A stretch of DNA of 9,258 nt from Ascoidea asiatica JCM 7603 (GCA_001600695.1 BCKQ01000009.1:673569-682826), one strand, 5' to 3'; positions 1 to 8,288 are shown, counted from the stretch's first letter. A program made the numbers and translations. Notes: generated by a model from the letters alone, not told the origin.

Positions 1-164
1 GTGGCTAGTCTTATTTCGATAATAAAAAATAAATTGTTTCTTCTCTTGTTGATAAAAGAACAAAAATAAAAGTATTAAGAAACAAGAGGAGATAAATATG
101 TAATAAATAGAGATATAATATATATAATATATATAATATATTGAGTCTATATAATATAGTAAAA

Positions 165-492
165 ATGGTGTCAGCTCCTGAATTAAAGAAAGTAAGTAAG
201 TATATATATGATATATATAAAAGATATTAAATTGCAATGTGATTTGTTTGTTAAGAGAGATTGTGTATTTGATATTAACAAGTAATAGTATATGGATAAG
301 AATATATTAATAAAATTGAATGGTAAAAGACAAATAAATGGTATATTAAGAGGATATGATATTTTTTTAAATTTAACAGTTGAAGAATGTATTGAATATA
401 ATTTAAATAATAATAAAGAAAATTTACAAATTGGTACATGTATAATTCGAGGTAATTCAATAATTTCTATAGAAATTTTAGATAAAATATAA
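165..492 (+). CDS. SMX2: Sm core protein SmG, spliced: join(165..191,289..492), 76 aa MVSAPELKK|YMDKNILIKLNGKRQINGILRGYDIFLNL...IRGNSIISIEILDKI
   Basis: The track ORF 292..492 has the Sm1 (GILRGYDIFLNL) and Sm2 (IRGNSI) motifs. ATG at 165 (AAAAATG context) encodes MVSAPELKK, matching the known SmG N-terminus (MVSTPELKKYMDK in S. cerevisiae). Removing 192..288 restores the frame exactly. Confidence 0.95.
192..288 (+). other. Spliceosomal intron of SMX2 (97 nt, phase 0)
   Basis: 5' site GTAAGT at 192, branch-like TATTAAC at 273-279, 3' site TAG at 286-288. Retention gives an in-frame TAA at 228-230. Confidence 0.92.
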
Positions 493-517
493 TATAATAT
501 AAGTTAAGTTAAGTTTA

Positions 518-976
518 TTAAAATCTATATGACATTTCAATACCATCATTTTTAAAACCACATTTTTTATAAAAAGGTTCATTATATAATGAACAATCTA
601 AAATTACTTTATAACAATTTTTTTCATTTGCTAAATTTTTTAAAAAATTTATTAAATAAATACCTAATTTTTTACCTTGTTGATTTTTTAAAATTGAAAT
701 ATCTTCAATATGACCAACATTTGAACAATTATGAATTAATTTTTTTTCAATTATTAACATCCCACAACCTACAATTTTATTTAAATTATTTAAAATTACA
801 TATGAATTATAAGTTTGAAAATTTAAATTCCAAAAATTTATTAAATTTTCAAAATTTTCTTTACTTATATTACCAACAATTGTTAAAGTTGATAAAGTTT
901 CTAAAATACCATTTGAATAATCATTTTTTTCAATTTTTCTAATTGAATAACCTGGTGGTAATTGTAAATCCCTCAT
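518..976 (-). CDS. GNA1: Glucosamine-6-phosphate N-acetyltransferase (GNAT family), 152 aa
   Basis: Motifs LPPGYSIR, LSTLTIVG, IIEKKLIH, GHIEDI, QGKKLG (acetyl-CoA binding), CYKVILDC, FYKKCGF and EM are typical of Gna1. It lies next to SMX2, as in S. cerevisiae. Confidence 0.96.
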   Translation of the reverse strand: MRDLQLPPGYSIRKIEKNDYSNGILETLSTLTIVGNISKENFENLINFWNLNFQTYNSYVILNNLNKIVGCGMLIIEKKLIHNCSNVGHIEDISILKNQQGKKLGIYLINFLKNLANEKNCYKVILDCSLYNEPFYKKCGFKNDGIEMSYRF

Positions 977-1020
977 TTTATAAGTTATGTTATTATCAAT
1001 TGATTTATAAAGTTGATTGA

Positions 1021-1060
1021 TATTATATTATATTATATTATATTATATTATATTATATTA
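1021..1060. repeat. (TATTA)8 microsatellite upstream of GNA1
   Basis: Eight perfect pentamer copies. Confidence 0.9.
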
Positions 1061-1162
1061 TAATATAATATATTATATTTGTATTGTATTTGTACTAGAA
1101 TACTGATATTTGGTAAAAATAACTTTAGAAGTAGTTAAAGAAACAGTAGTTAATAGAGTAAT

Positions 1163-1470
1163 CTGTAATCTTCGAGGTTTCCGACAGAGAAGGACCATAC
1201 CCCTGGTCTCAAAGATGCACATGTGTTATCTATAAAGCGTGGCTAGTGATTTTAAAAGTGGCTAAGCCAGCGTGGCATTACTCGTCACATGACTGTTGAC
1301 CTAATCAGGTGACTCTTCCCCGTGACCTGACGTTGTCTTCCGATCAGAGCCTGCGGTGATGCACGTGACCGCGTGACCGCGTGACTCTTCGTAAATAATG
1401 GCGTATTAAAAATGGCTTGCGGGGATCGCCCGCCACGCACAGCGCCGTTTAAAAGTCCCCGGGGTGCACG
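1163..1470. promoter_or_regulatory. GC-rich island forming the probable divergent GNA1/PAL1 promoter, with Cbf1/bHLH-type and other motifs
   Basis: Sharp GC rise between two divergently oriented ATGs. Motifs: GTCACATGAC 1284-1293, CACGTGAC 1362-1369, CGCGTGAC 1370-1377 and 1378-1385, TGACTC 1310-1315 and 1382-1387, TGACGT 1328-1333, CCCCT 1200-1204, GCGGGG 1419-1424, CCCCGGGG 1457-1464. Confidence 0.7.
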
Positions 1471-1480
1471 AATAATACAA

Positions 1481-1860
1481 TATAATATTATTATAATATA
1501 ATAATATAATAATAATATAATAATAATATAATAATAATAATAATTATATAAACAAGCAAATAGACCTTCTTTTTAGATCTTCTTCTTCTTCTTCAGCAAC
1601 AACAACAACAACAACAACAACAACAAAAACAACTTTTCATCTTCTTATTTTGAAGTTGAATAATAAAAGCCCATTCGAATACAATACAAATACAATACAA
1701 ATACAATACAAATACAATACAAATCTCATTCTCAACCCGTTTCATTATCTTTTTATCACATTCTATTATAAAATTATTTCCAACATTCTTTAATATTCAC
1801 ATTCACATTCACATTCAAATTCAAATTCAAATTCAAATTCAAATTCAAATTCAAATTCAA
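1481..1860. repeat. Compound simple-repeat cluster upstream of PAL1
   Basis: TAA/TATAA-type tract about 1481-1548, (CTT)5 1579-1593, (CAA)10 1597-1626, (AATACAATACA)4 1678-1721, (ATTCAC)3(ATTCAA)8 1795-1860. Confidence 0.9.
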
Positions 1861-1917
1861 ATTTCATTCTCACTCTTATTCTCAATTTTAAATTAATTTA
1901 ATTAATGTTACTAAAAA

Positions 1918-2348
1918 ATGTCATCTTCAAATAATCCATTCATTTCAAATTTAGAAAAAACTTTTTCATTTAATTCTTCAAATAATTCAATTAATAATTC
2001 AAATTTAACAGATTTAGATACAATTTCTTCATTTCCTTCAAATTTTAATATCTTTGATAATTATAATTATAATAATAATACAAATAATTCTAATAATATT
2101 AATAGTAATACAAATCCTAATACAAATATTGTTTCAAATAGAAATTTAAATACAATTTCAAATAGAAATAGTAAATCTTTAAGAAATAATTCAATTAATA
2201 TTGACTCAGATAATAAATATAACAATAAGAATAAATATGATAAATTTGATAAATATGATAGAAATTCATTAAATTCTGATAATAATACTTTATCTGATCA
2301 TTCAATTTCCATTAATAATACTAATATCAATAACAAAACTATCAGCGC

Positions 2349-2380
<32 letters not shown>

Positions 2381-3369
2381 TTAATAAAGTTAATTTAAAT
2401 AGATCAAATTCAGAAAATTTAAATTATCAAGCAAGAATTAGAGAATTACATCAAATTCAATTACAATCTCAATTACCTTCTTTAAATAATAATATCAATA
2501 ATAAAGAAATGTATTCTAATCAATTTCAAAGACAAAAACAAAAACATTATGATGATTATCATTATGATAATAGTGATGATGAAAATAATCATCATAATCA
2601 TAAATCTAATCATAATCAAAGATCTAATCACAAATCTAATCAAAGATCTAATCATAGATCTAATCATAGATCTAATAGTACTTCAAAAGTTAAAGATCTT
2701 AATATTTCAAAAGCAAAAATGAAAGGTGTTGATACTATTGATACTTTAGATGTTTCTGGAATATTTGGTGCTTCTTTTCATCATGATGGTCCTTTTGATG
2801 CTTGTACTCCTCATAGAAATAAATCTTTAAAATTTATTAATTCAAATAATCAATCAAAAAATTTAAAAAATTTAAAAAATTTATCTCCAGCTCCAATGGC
2901 TGCTTTTCCAATTAATAGTTCAAATACAAATATTATTAAAAAAAATGGTGATTTTATTAATAAACATAATTATTCAATTAAAAATAGTCCAATTGATAAT
3001 GATAATGATGAATCTTATGGTTTAGGTTCTTCAACTTTCTTAGATGGTGCTCTTGCTTCAAAAAAAGCAACTCAAGAAAATAAATCTTTAACTGAATCTT
3101 TACAAAGAAAAAAATCTTTAGGTAGATCTTTTTCTTTAAAAAAATCAAAATCAATTAATTATAATAATAATAATAGTGGTAGTGATAATAAAAATTTATC
3201 AAGAAGTAAAACAATTAATTATAATTATAATAATAATAATGTTAATGCTTTACCTAAAAATATTAATATTAATAATTATAAAAGAAATGAAGAACTTTAT
3301 CCAATTATACCTGATGATTTTGATAAACCAATAGAATTTAATAATAATGATTTAAGATCAAGTAGATTC

Positions 3370-3401
<32 letters not shown>

Positions 3402-3636
3402 TAATATTTATAATAATCATAATAATAATAGAAGTTCTCCATTATTAAATAAAAAAAAATCAATTTCAAGAAGATTATTTAATCATAATTCTGATGAAAA
3501 TATTAATCATTTTTCAAAAGATAGTCAGAATTCAACTTCTAATTCTAATTCAAATTCAAATTCAAATAGTTCTCATAAACCTTCTTTTTTAACTAGAATG
3601 ATGACAATTGGTCGTAAGAAACAAATTAAAGTCTAA
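1918..3636 (+). CDS. PAL1: Pal1-family cell morphology/endocytic protein, Asn-rich, 572 aa
   Basis: Family signature DTIDTLDVSGIFGASFHHDGPFDACTPHRN, plus APMAAFP and GLGSSTFLDGA blocks. N-terminal NPF (EH-domain ligand) motif. AAAAAATG start with an in-frame TAA at 1912-1914 upstream. Confidence 0.88.
2599..2676 (+). repeat. Coding 12-bp-period minisatellite in PAL1 encoding (R/K)SN(H/Q) repeats
   Basis: AGATCTAATCAT-like units translate as HKSNHNQRSNHKSNQRSNHRSNHRSN. Confidence 0.75.
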
Positions 3637-4236
3637 TATATAATTAATATTTATTATATATTTAATTAATCTCTTCTTCTCTCTTTAAATTCAATTCTAT
3701 ACTCTTTCATACCCTTTTCTTTTTTTTTTTTTTTACTCTTTATTTCGTTAACTTCTTTTATTGTTTATGTTTCTTTTTATTAATTGACTTTAATGTTGAT
3801 TATTTACCTTCGTTTATTCCAGAGTAATATTACTTCTTTATTTACTTTACTTACTTGTTTATCTATCAATTTTACCTTCTTTTGTTATTTTGTTTTATCT
3901 TCTACTATCTTATTGTTTTTATTTTTATATATTATTAAATAATGAATTTAAATAATGAATTTTAATGAATTTTGTTATAAAATAAAATACTATCAACTAC
4001 AAATCTGTAAAATTCCTCGTTTAAGTCTCTTTGACCGTCAATTAACTACAAAATTCAACTTCGAGTAAATAAAATTTATTTTTTTCAACTTTCCAAGATT
4101 CTTGTTTCGATTCCTCAGAGTCACTTTTCTTCTTTTTCTTTTTTCGCTTTTAATGCCTTTCTTTTTCTCTTTTTCAAATTCCAATTTATTCTTTGATTGT
4201 TCTTTGATTGTTCTTTGAATAATCACCAGGAAATAA

Positions 4237-4263
4237 ATGGCTAAATTCCAATATAATAACTAA
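4237..4263 (+). other. Candidate upstream ORF (MAKFQYNN*) ahead of NNR1
   Basis: ATG GCT AAA TTC CAA TAT AAT AAC TAA, ending 10 nt before ATG 4274. It only matters if the transcript starts upstream of 4237, which is unknown. Confidence 0.35.
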
Positions 4264-4273
4264 AGGGATAAAG

Positions 4274-5566
4274 ATGAAATTAAATATTGCTCAACAATTT
4301 GCAATTTTTACAATTCTTCTATATATTATTGTTCCAATTTATATATTTTTATCATATTTAAATACTTTTAATAATATTATTAGTTTTCCATTCACATTTT
4401 CAAATAGAAATAATAATAATAATAAGAATATTAAAAATATTAAATTAAAAAATTCAAAAAATTCAAAAAATTCAAAAAAAATCAAAACAAATACAAAAAT
4501 TAAAACTACTATAAAACCAACAACTACAAGTAGTTTTTATCCAGAATATAAAATAAAAACAGATAGTAATAAAGATAATAAAAAAGATAATAAAAAAGAT
4601 ATCAAAAAAGATAATAAAAAAGGAAATAAATTAAGTAAAGAAGAACTTGCATTTATTAAAAGATATACACCAAATAAAAAATTTAATATTAAAAAAATGA
4701 GTTTTAAAACAATTAGTTCAAAAAATGCAGCATTATTAGATCAAGAATTAATGTCAAGTAATATTGGATTTTCTTTAGATCAATTAATGGAATTAGCTGG
4801 TTTATCAGTTGCAGAATCTATTTATAAAGCATATCCTGTAAAAAATTTTAAAAAACTTTTAATTTTATCAGGTCCTGGTAATAATGGTGGTGATGGTTTA
4901 GTTGCTGCAAGACATTTAAAATTATTTGGTTATGAACCAATAATTTATTATCCAAAAATTAATAAAAATTTTAATAATTTAGAAACTCAATTAAATAAAT
5001 TTAATATTAAAATAATTTCAAATAATTTTAATAAAATTGATCCAATTCAAAAAAAATTAATTTTTGATGAAGAAATTTTAACAAAATTAATACTTGAATC
5101 TGATGTTTTAATTGATGCATTATTTGGTTTTAGTTTTAAACCACCTTTAAGAGAACCATTTGATAAAATTTTAAAAATTATGAAAGATAAAAGTGAAAAT
5201 TTTACTGAAATTGAATTAATTGATTCAAATTCAAATTTAAATACTAAAAATAAAAAAAAACCAAAATTAATTAAAATTAAACCAAAACCAATAGTTTCAA
5301 TTGATATTCCAAGTGGTTGGGATGTTAATAAAGGTCCATTAAATTATTTAGATGAATATAATATTTTTCCAAGTGTTTTAATTTCTTTAACAGCTCCAAA
5401 ACCAGCTGCAATTGAATTTTTAAAATTTGGTCATAATTCAATTGCTTCAAATGGTAAAGTTAGACATTTCCTTGGTGGAAGATTTATAAGTGAAGAAATT
5501 GCTAAAAAATGGAATTTAGAAATTCCAAAATATATTGGTACTGATCAAATTGTTGAATTAAAATAA
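4274..5566 (+). CDS. NNR1: NAD(P)H-hydrate epimerase (YjeF_N / NAXE family). Conserved domain begins at Met142 (nt 4697) after a 141-aa N-terminal extension
   Basis: AALLDQELM, GFSLDQLMELAGLSVA, GPGNNGGDGLVAARHL, DALFGFSFKPPLREPF, IVSIDIPSGWDV, LISLTAPK, HFLGGRFI and GTDQIVEL match Nnr1/NAXE. The start (4274 or 4697) is uncertain. Confidence 0.95.
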   Translation: MKLNIAQQFAIFTILLYIIVPIYIFLSYLNTFNNIISFPFTFSNRNNNNNKNIKNIKLKNSKNSKNSKKIKTNTKIKTTIKPTTTSSFYPEYKIKTDSNKDNKKDNKKDIKKDNKKGNKLSKEELAFIKRYTPNKKFNIKKMSFKTISSKNAALLDQELMSSNIGFSLDQLMELAGLSVAESIYKAYPVKNFKKLLILSGPGNNGGDGLVAARHLKLFGYEPIIYYPKINKNFNNLETQLNKFNIKIISNNFNKIDPIQKKLIFDEEILTKLILESDVLIDALFGFSFKPPLREPFDKILKIMKDKSENFTEIELIDSNSNLNTKNKKKPKLIKIKPKPIVSIDIPSGWDVNKGPLNYLDEYNIFPSVLISLTAPKPAAIEFLKFGHNSIASNGKVRHFLGGRFISEEIAKKWNLEIPKYIGTDQIVELK

Positions 5567-6017
5567 TTTCAACAATTGTTTTTTTTTTTTCTTCTTATTA
5601 AAATTTAATGTTTATGACCACTAACTAACTTCCCATGATTATTTTTATCTTTAATAAAAATGAAATATCTAAATTAATAATTTTTTTAATATCTTTTTTT
5701 TTTTTATTTATCTTTTTTTTAAATTTAATTTAATAAAAAAATGTTTAATATTAATTAATTGTAAAAGAAATTCAATGAAAATGGATTTGAAACTATAAAT
5801 AAAAAAAAAACATTTTAGATTAAAAATTTAAATATTTTAATTAAATTTTCAAAATATTTTAATAATCTTCCACTATTTTCAAAATGATCAATTTTAAATA
5901 ATTTTATTAATTATTTTACAATTTGAGAAATTGAAAATCGTAAATTATTGATACATGGGTATTATTTTCAATTTAAAAATTCATATTTGATGAATTCAAT
6001 TTAGTTATAATAGATTT

Positions 6018-7076
6018 TTATATATGTTTTGGATTAAAATCTTCACTTTCACTTTCACTTTGATCAATTTGATCAATTTGATCAATTTGATTATTTGTAA
6101 TTTTATTATTAAAATTATCATTTGAATAATATTTATAAGTTACAGTTGGAGTTGATAATAAATCAGTTTCATCATCATCAATATTTGGTATAATTGCAGA
6201 CATTTTTCTTTTTGCTTTAACTTCAATTTCATCATCTTCATTAAAATATAAAGTACCTTTATTTCTTTTTCTTTTAATTGATTCATTTAAAATTTGTTGA
6301 GTTTCATTTTCAATTCTTGGAGTTTCAAAAGTTGAATTTAAATTTGAATTTGAATTTAAATTTAAATTTGAATTTGAATTTGAATTTAAATTTAATGAAT
6401 TTAATGAATTTATTGAAATATTTGTTAAAGTATGAATATTATTTAAATTATTTAAATTTTTTGAAATTGGATTAATTTTTAAATTATTATTTATTGAAGA
6501 TAATCTTGGATTTGATAAATCTGGTGAATCTATTAATAATGGTATTCTAATATTAAGATTATTATTTAATGAATTTATTGAAGTTTTATGTAATTGATTT
6601 TCTTTTCTTGGAGAAAAATATGGTATATTTGAACTTGAAATTGATATAGTAGAAGAAATATCATTAAAATTATTAATATTACCATTATTATCATATTGAT
6701 TATTTTGATTATTTTGATTATTTTGATTATTTTGATTATAATTTGGATATTGATTATTTATTGAAAAATCATTAATATCTTTTGGAGATAAAACTATTTT
6801 AAATGGAGATTTATTACCATTATTTTTATCATTATCTTTATTATTATTATTTTCATTATCGATTTCATTATTTAAATCATTTGATTTTAAATTTAGATTT
6901 AAATTTAATGGAGAAATATTTAAATTTTCAATTTTTTCAATTTTTTTAATTTTTTTTAAATTTAAATTTGAATGTAAATTATTAAATTTATTTAATGAAT
7001 TTTGTTTATGAATTGAATTTAATGGAGTTCTTAATGGAATTAAACTAATTTTTGAACTTTTTATTGGAGTATTTAA

Positions 7077-7124
<48 letters not shown>

Positions 7125-7767
7125 AACAGCTTTCATTTTTTCAATTTTTTTTAAAACATCATTTGAAAAAATACTACTACTATTATTATTAATATTATTA
7201 ATATTATTTATATTATTTATATTATTAATATTTGAAATTTTTGGAGTTAATAAACTTGTTGAAGGTTGATTATTAATTATAGATAAATTAGATAATTTAT
7301 TTGAAGAATTAATAAAATTTAAATTATTTTGTTTTAAATTAGATATTGAATTTGAGATTGAAAATGAATTTAATTGTAAATTTTTGTTTGTATTTTTATT
7401 ATTATTTTTATCATTATTTTTATCATTATTTTTATTAATAGATTGTAATGAATTTGAATTTTTTTTATTAATTAAATTAATATCAGAAGTATAATTTGTA
7501 TGTAAATTAAAATTTATACTATTATCAAATAAATTTTTTAAAATTAATAAATTATTATTAATAATTTTTGAATTTTTTTTATAATTAATTAAAATTGGTA
7601 AAAATTTTTTATTAATAATATTTAAAGAATTATTTAAAGATTTATCAATTATTGTTAAATGTTTATTAATATTTTCATTTAATTTATTTAATTTTATAAC
7701 TTTTGATAAATCTAAATCAGTATTATTAGTATCAGTTATATCAATATCAATATCAATATCAATATTA

Positions 7768-7811
<44 letters not shown>

Positions 7812-8006
7812 TAAACTTTGTCTTTGTTGTTTTTTATATTCACTTTTTGCAACTTGAGCAGCTAAGATTTGATCAGTTGAAGGAAGTTGAGCAAAAATAC
7901 TTTTTCTTTTTGATCTTGATTGTCTTTTACTCTGATTTATATTATTATTATTATTAATATTATTATTATTATTATTATTTTCATATTTATTATTTTCCTG
8001 ATCCAT
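6018..8006 (-). CDS. ASK1: DASH/Dam1 outer-kinetochore complex subunit Ask1, Asn-expanded, 662 aa
   Basis: Residues 106-168 (nt 7503-7691) LNKLNENINKHLTIIDKSLNNSLNIINKKFLPILINYKKNSKIINNNLLILKNLFDNSINFNL align by eye without gaps to the recalled Ask1 pattern (L..L...I...L..ID........I.....LP....Y...S..........K..F..S.N..L). The tail has many S/T-P sites and a KRKMS motif. Confidence 0.72.
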
Positions 8007-8140
8007 TGAGAATAAAGGAAATAAATAAATTCAAGAAATAAAGGATTAATTAATCAAATGTTATTATAGTTGAATTCATCAAATATTCCAATGAACAATC
8101 TTTATCCAAGCACTGTTTCTATTATCATCAATCTCTAATC

Positions 8141-8173
8141 AAATCAACATTAAATCAACATTAAATCAACATT
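8141..8173. repeat. (AAATCAACATT)3 tandem repeat upstream of ASK1
   Basis: Three perfect 11-bp copies. Confidence 0.85.
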
Positions 8174-8224
8174 AAATCATTATTTTCTTCTTCTTCATTG
8201 GCATTTCTCAGGCAAATTGAAAAC

Positions 8225-8288
8225 TTCGCGTTTTGTAAAAGTGGTTGCAACGTGTGGAAAACAAAACAAAATTCCTTCCGGTCACGTG
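8225..8288 (-). promoter_or_regulatory. Probable ASK1 promoter elements: MCB/SCB-like ACGCGAA and Cbf1-type GTCACGTG
   Basis: TTCGCGT at 8225-8231 (ACGCGAA on minus) and GTCACGTG at 8281-8288, about 220-280 bp upstream of the ASK1 ATG. Confidence 0.55.

Noticed and set aside
275-460. 61-aa minus-strand ORF
   Set aside because: Antisense shadow of SMX2 exon 2. The Y/L/F-rich composition reflects AT bias and there are no motifs.
589-942. 117-aa plus-strand ORF
   Set aside because: Entirely antisense to the well-supported GNA1, with low-complexity L/N/F/K sequence.
1206-1216. GTCTCAAAGAT equals an 11-nt stretch near the 18S rRNA 5' end, so the minus strand could be a C/D snoRNA guide
   Set aside because: The adjacent box would be CAGG rather than CTGA, and there is no credible box C (RTGATGA) or terminal D box. 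11-nt rRNA matches are expected by chance. snoscan would settle it.
1362-1385. Tandem GC-rich repeats as a CRISPR or transposon end
   Set aside because: The 8-bp units have no spacers, the context is eukaryotic, and there is no transposase, LTR, TIR or target-site duplication.
1451-1464. AAAAGTCCCC resembles the RNase MRP CR-I motif
   Set aside because: It is followed directly by simple repeats, with no CR-V partner or room for the RNA.
2482-2667. 61-aa minus-strand Ile/Met-rich ORF
   Set aside because: Antisense reading of the PAL1 repeats.
4104-4114. GTTTCGATTCC resembles a tRNA T-loop/B box
   Set aside because: It deviates from GTTCRANNC, and there is no A box or cloverleaf around it.
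4038-4226. 62-aa basic minus-strand ORF
   Set aside because: Arises from the T-rich tracts of the NNR1 promoter read as Lys/Arg/Glu. No recognisable family, although a micropeptide cannot be formally excluded.
6278-6475. 65-aa plus-strand (LN)n ORF
   Set aside because: Antisense reading of the hexamer repeats inside ASK1.
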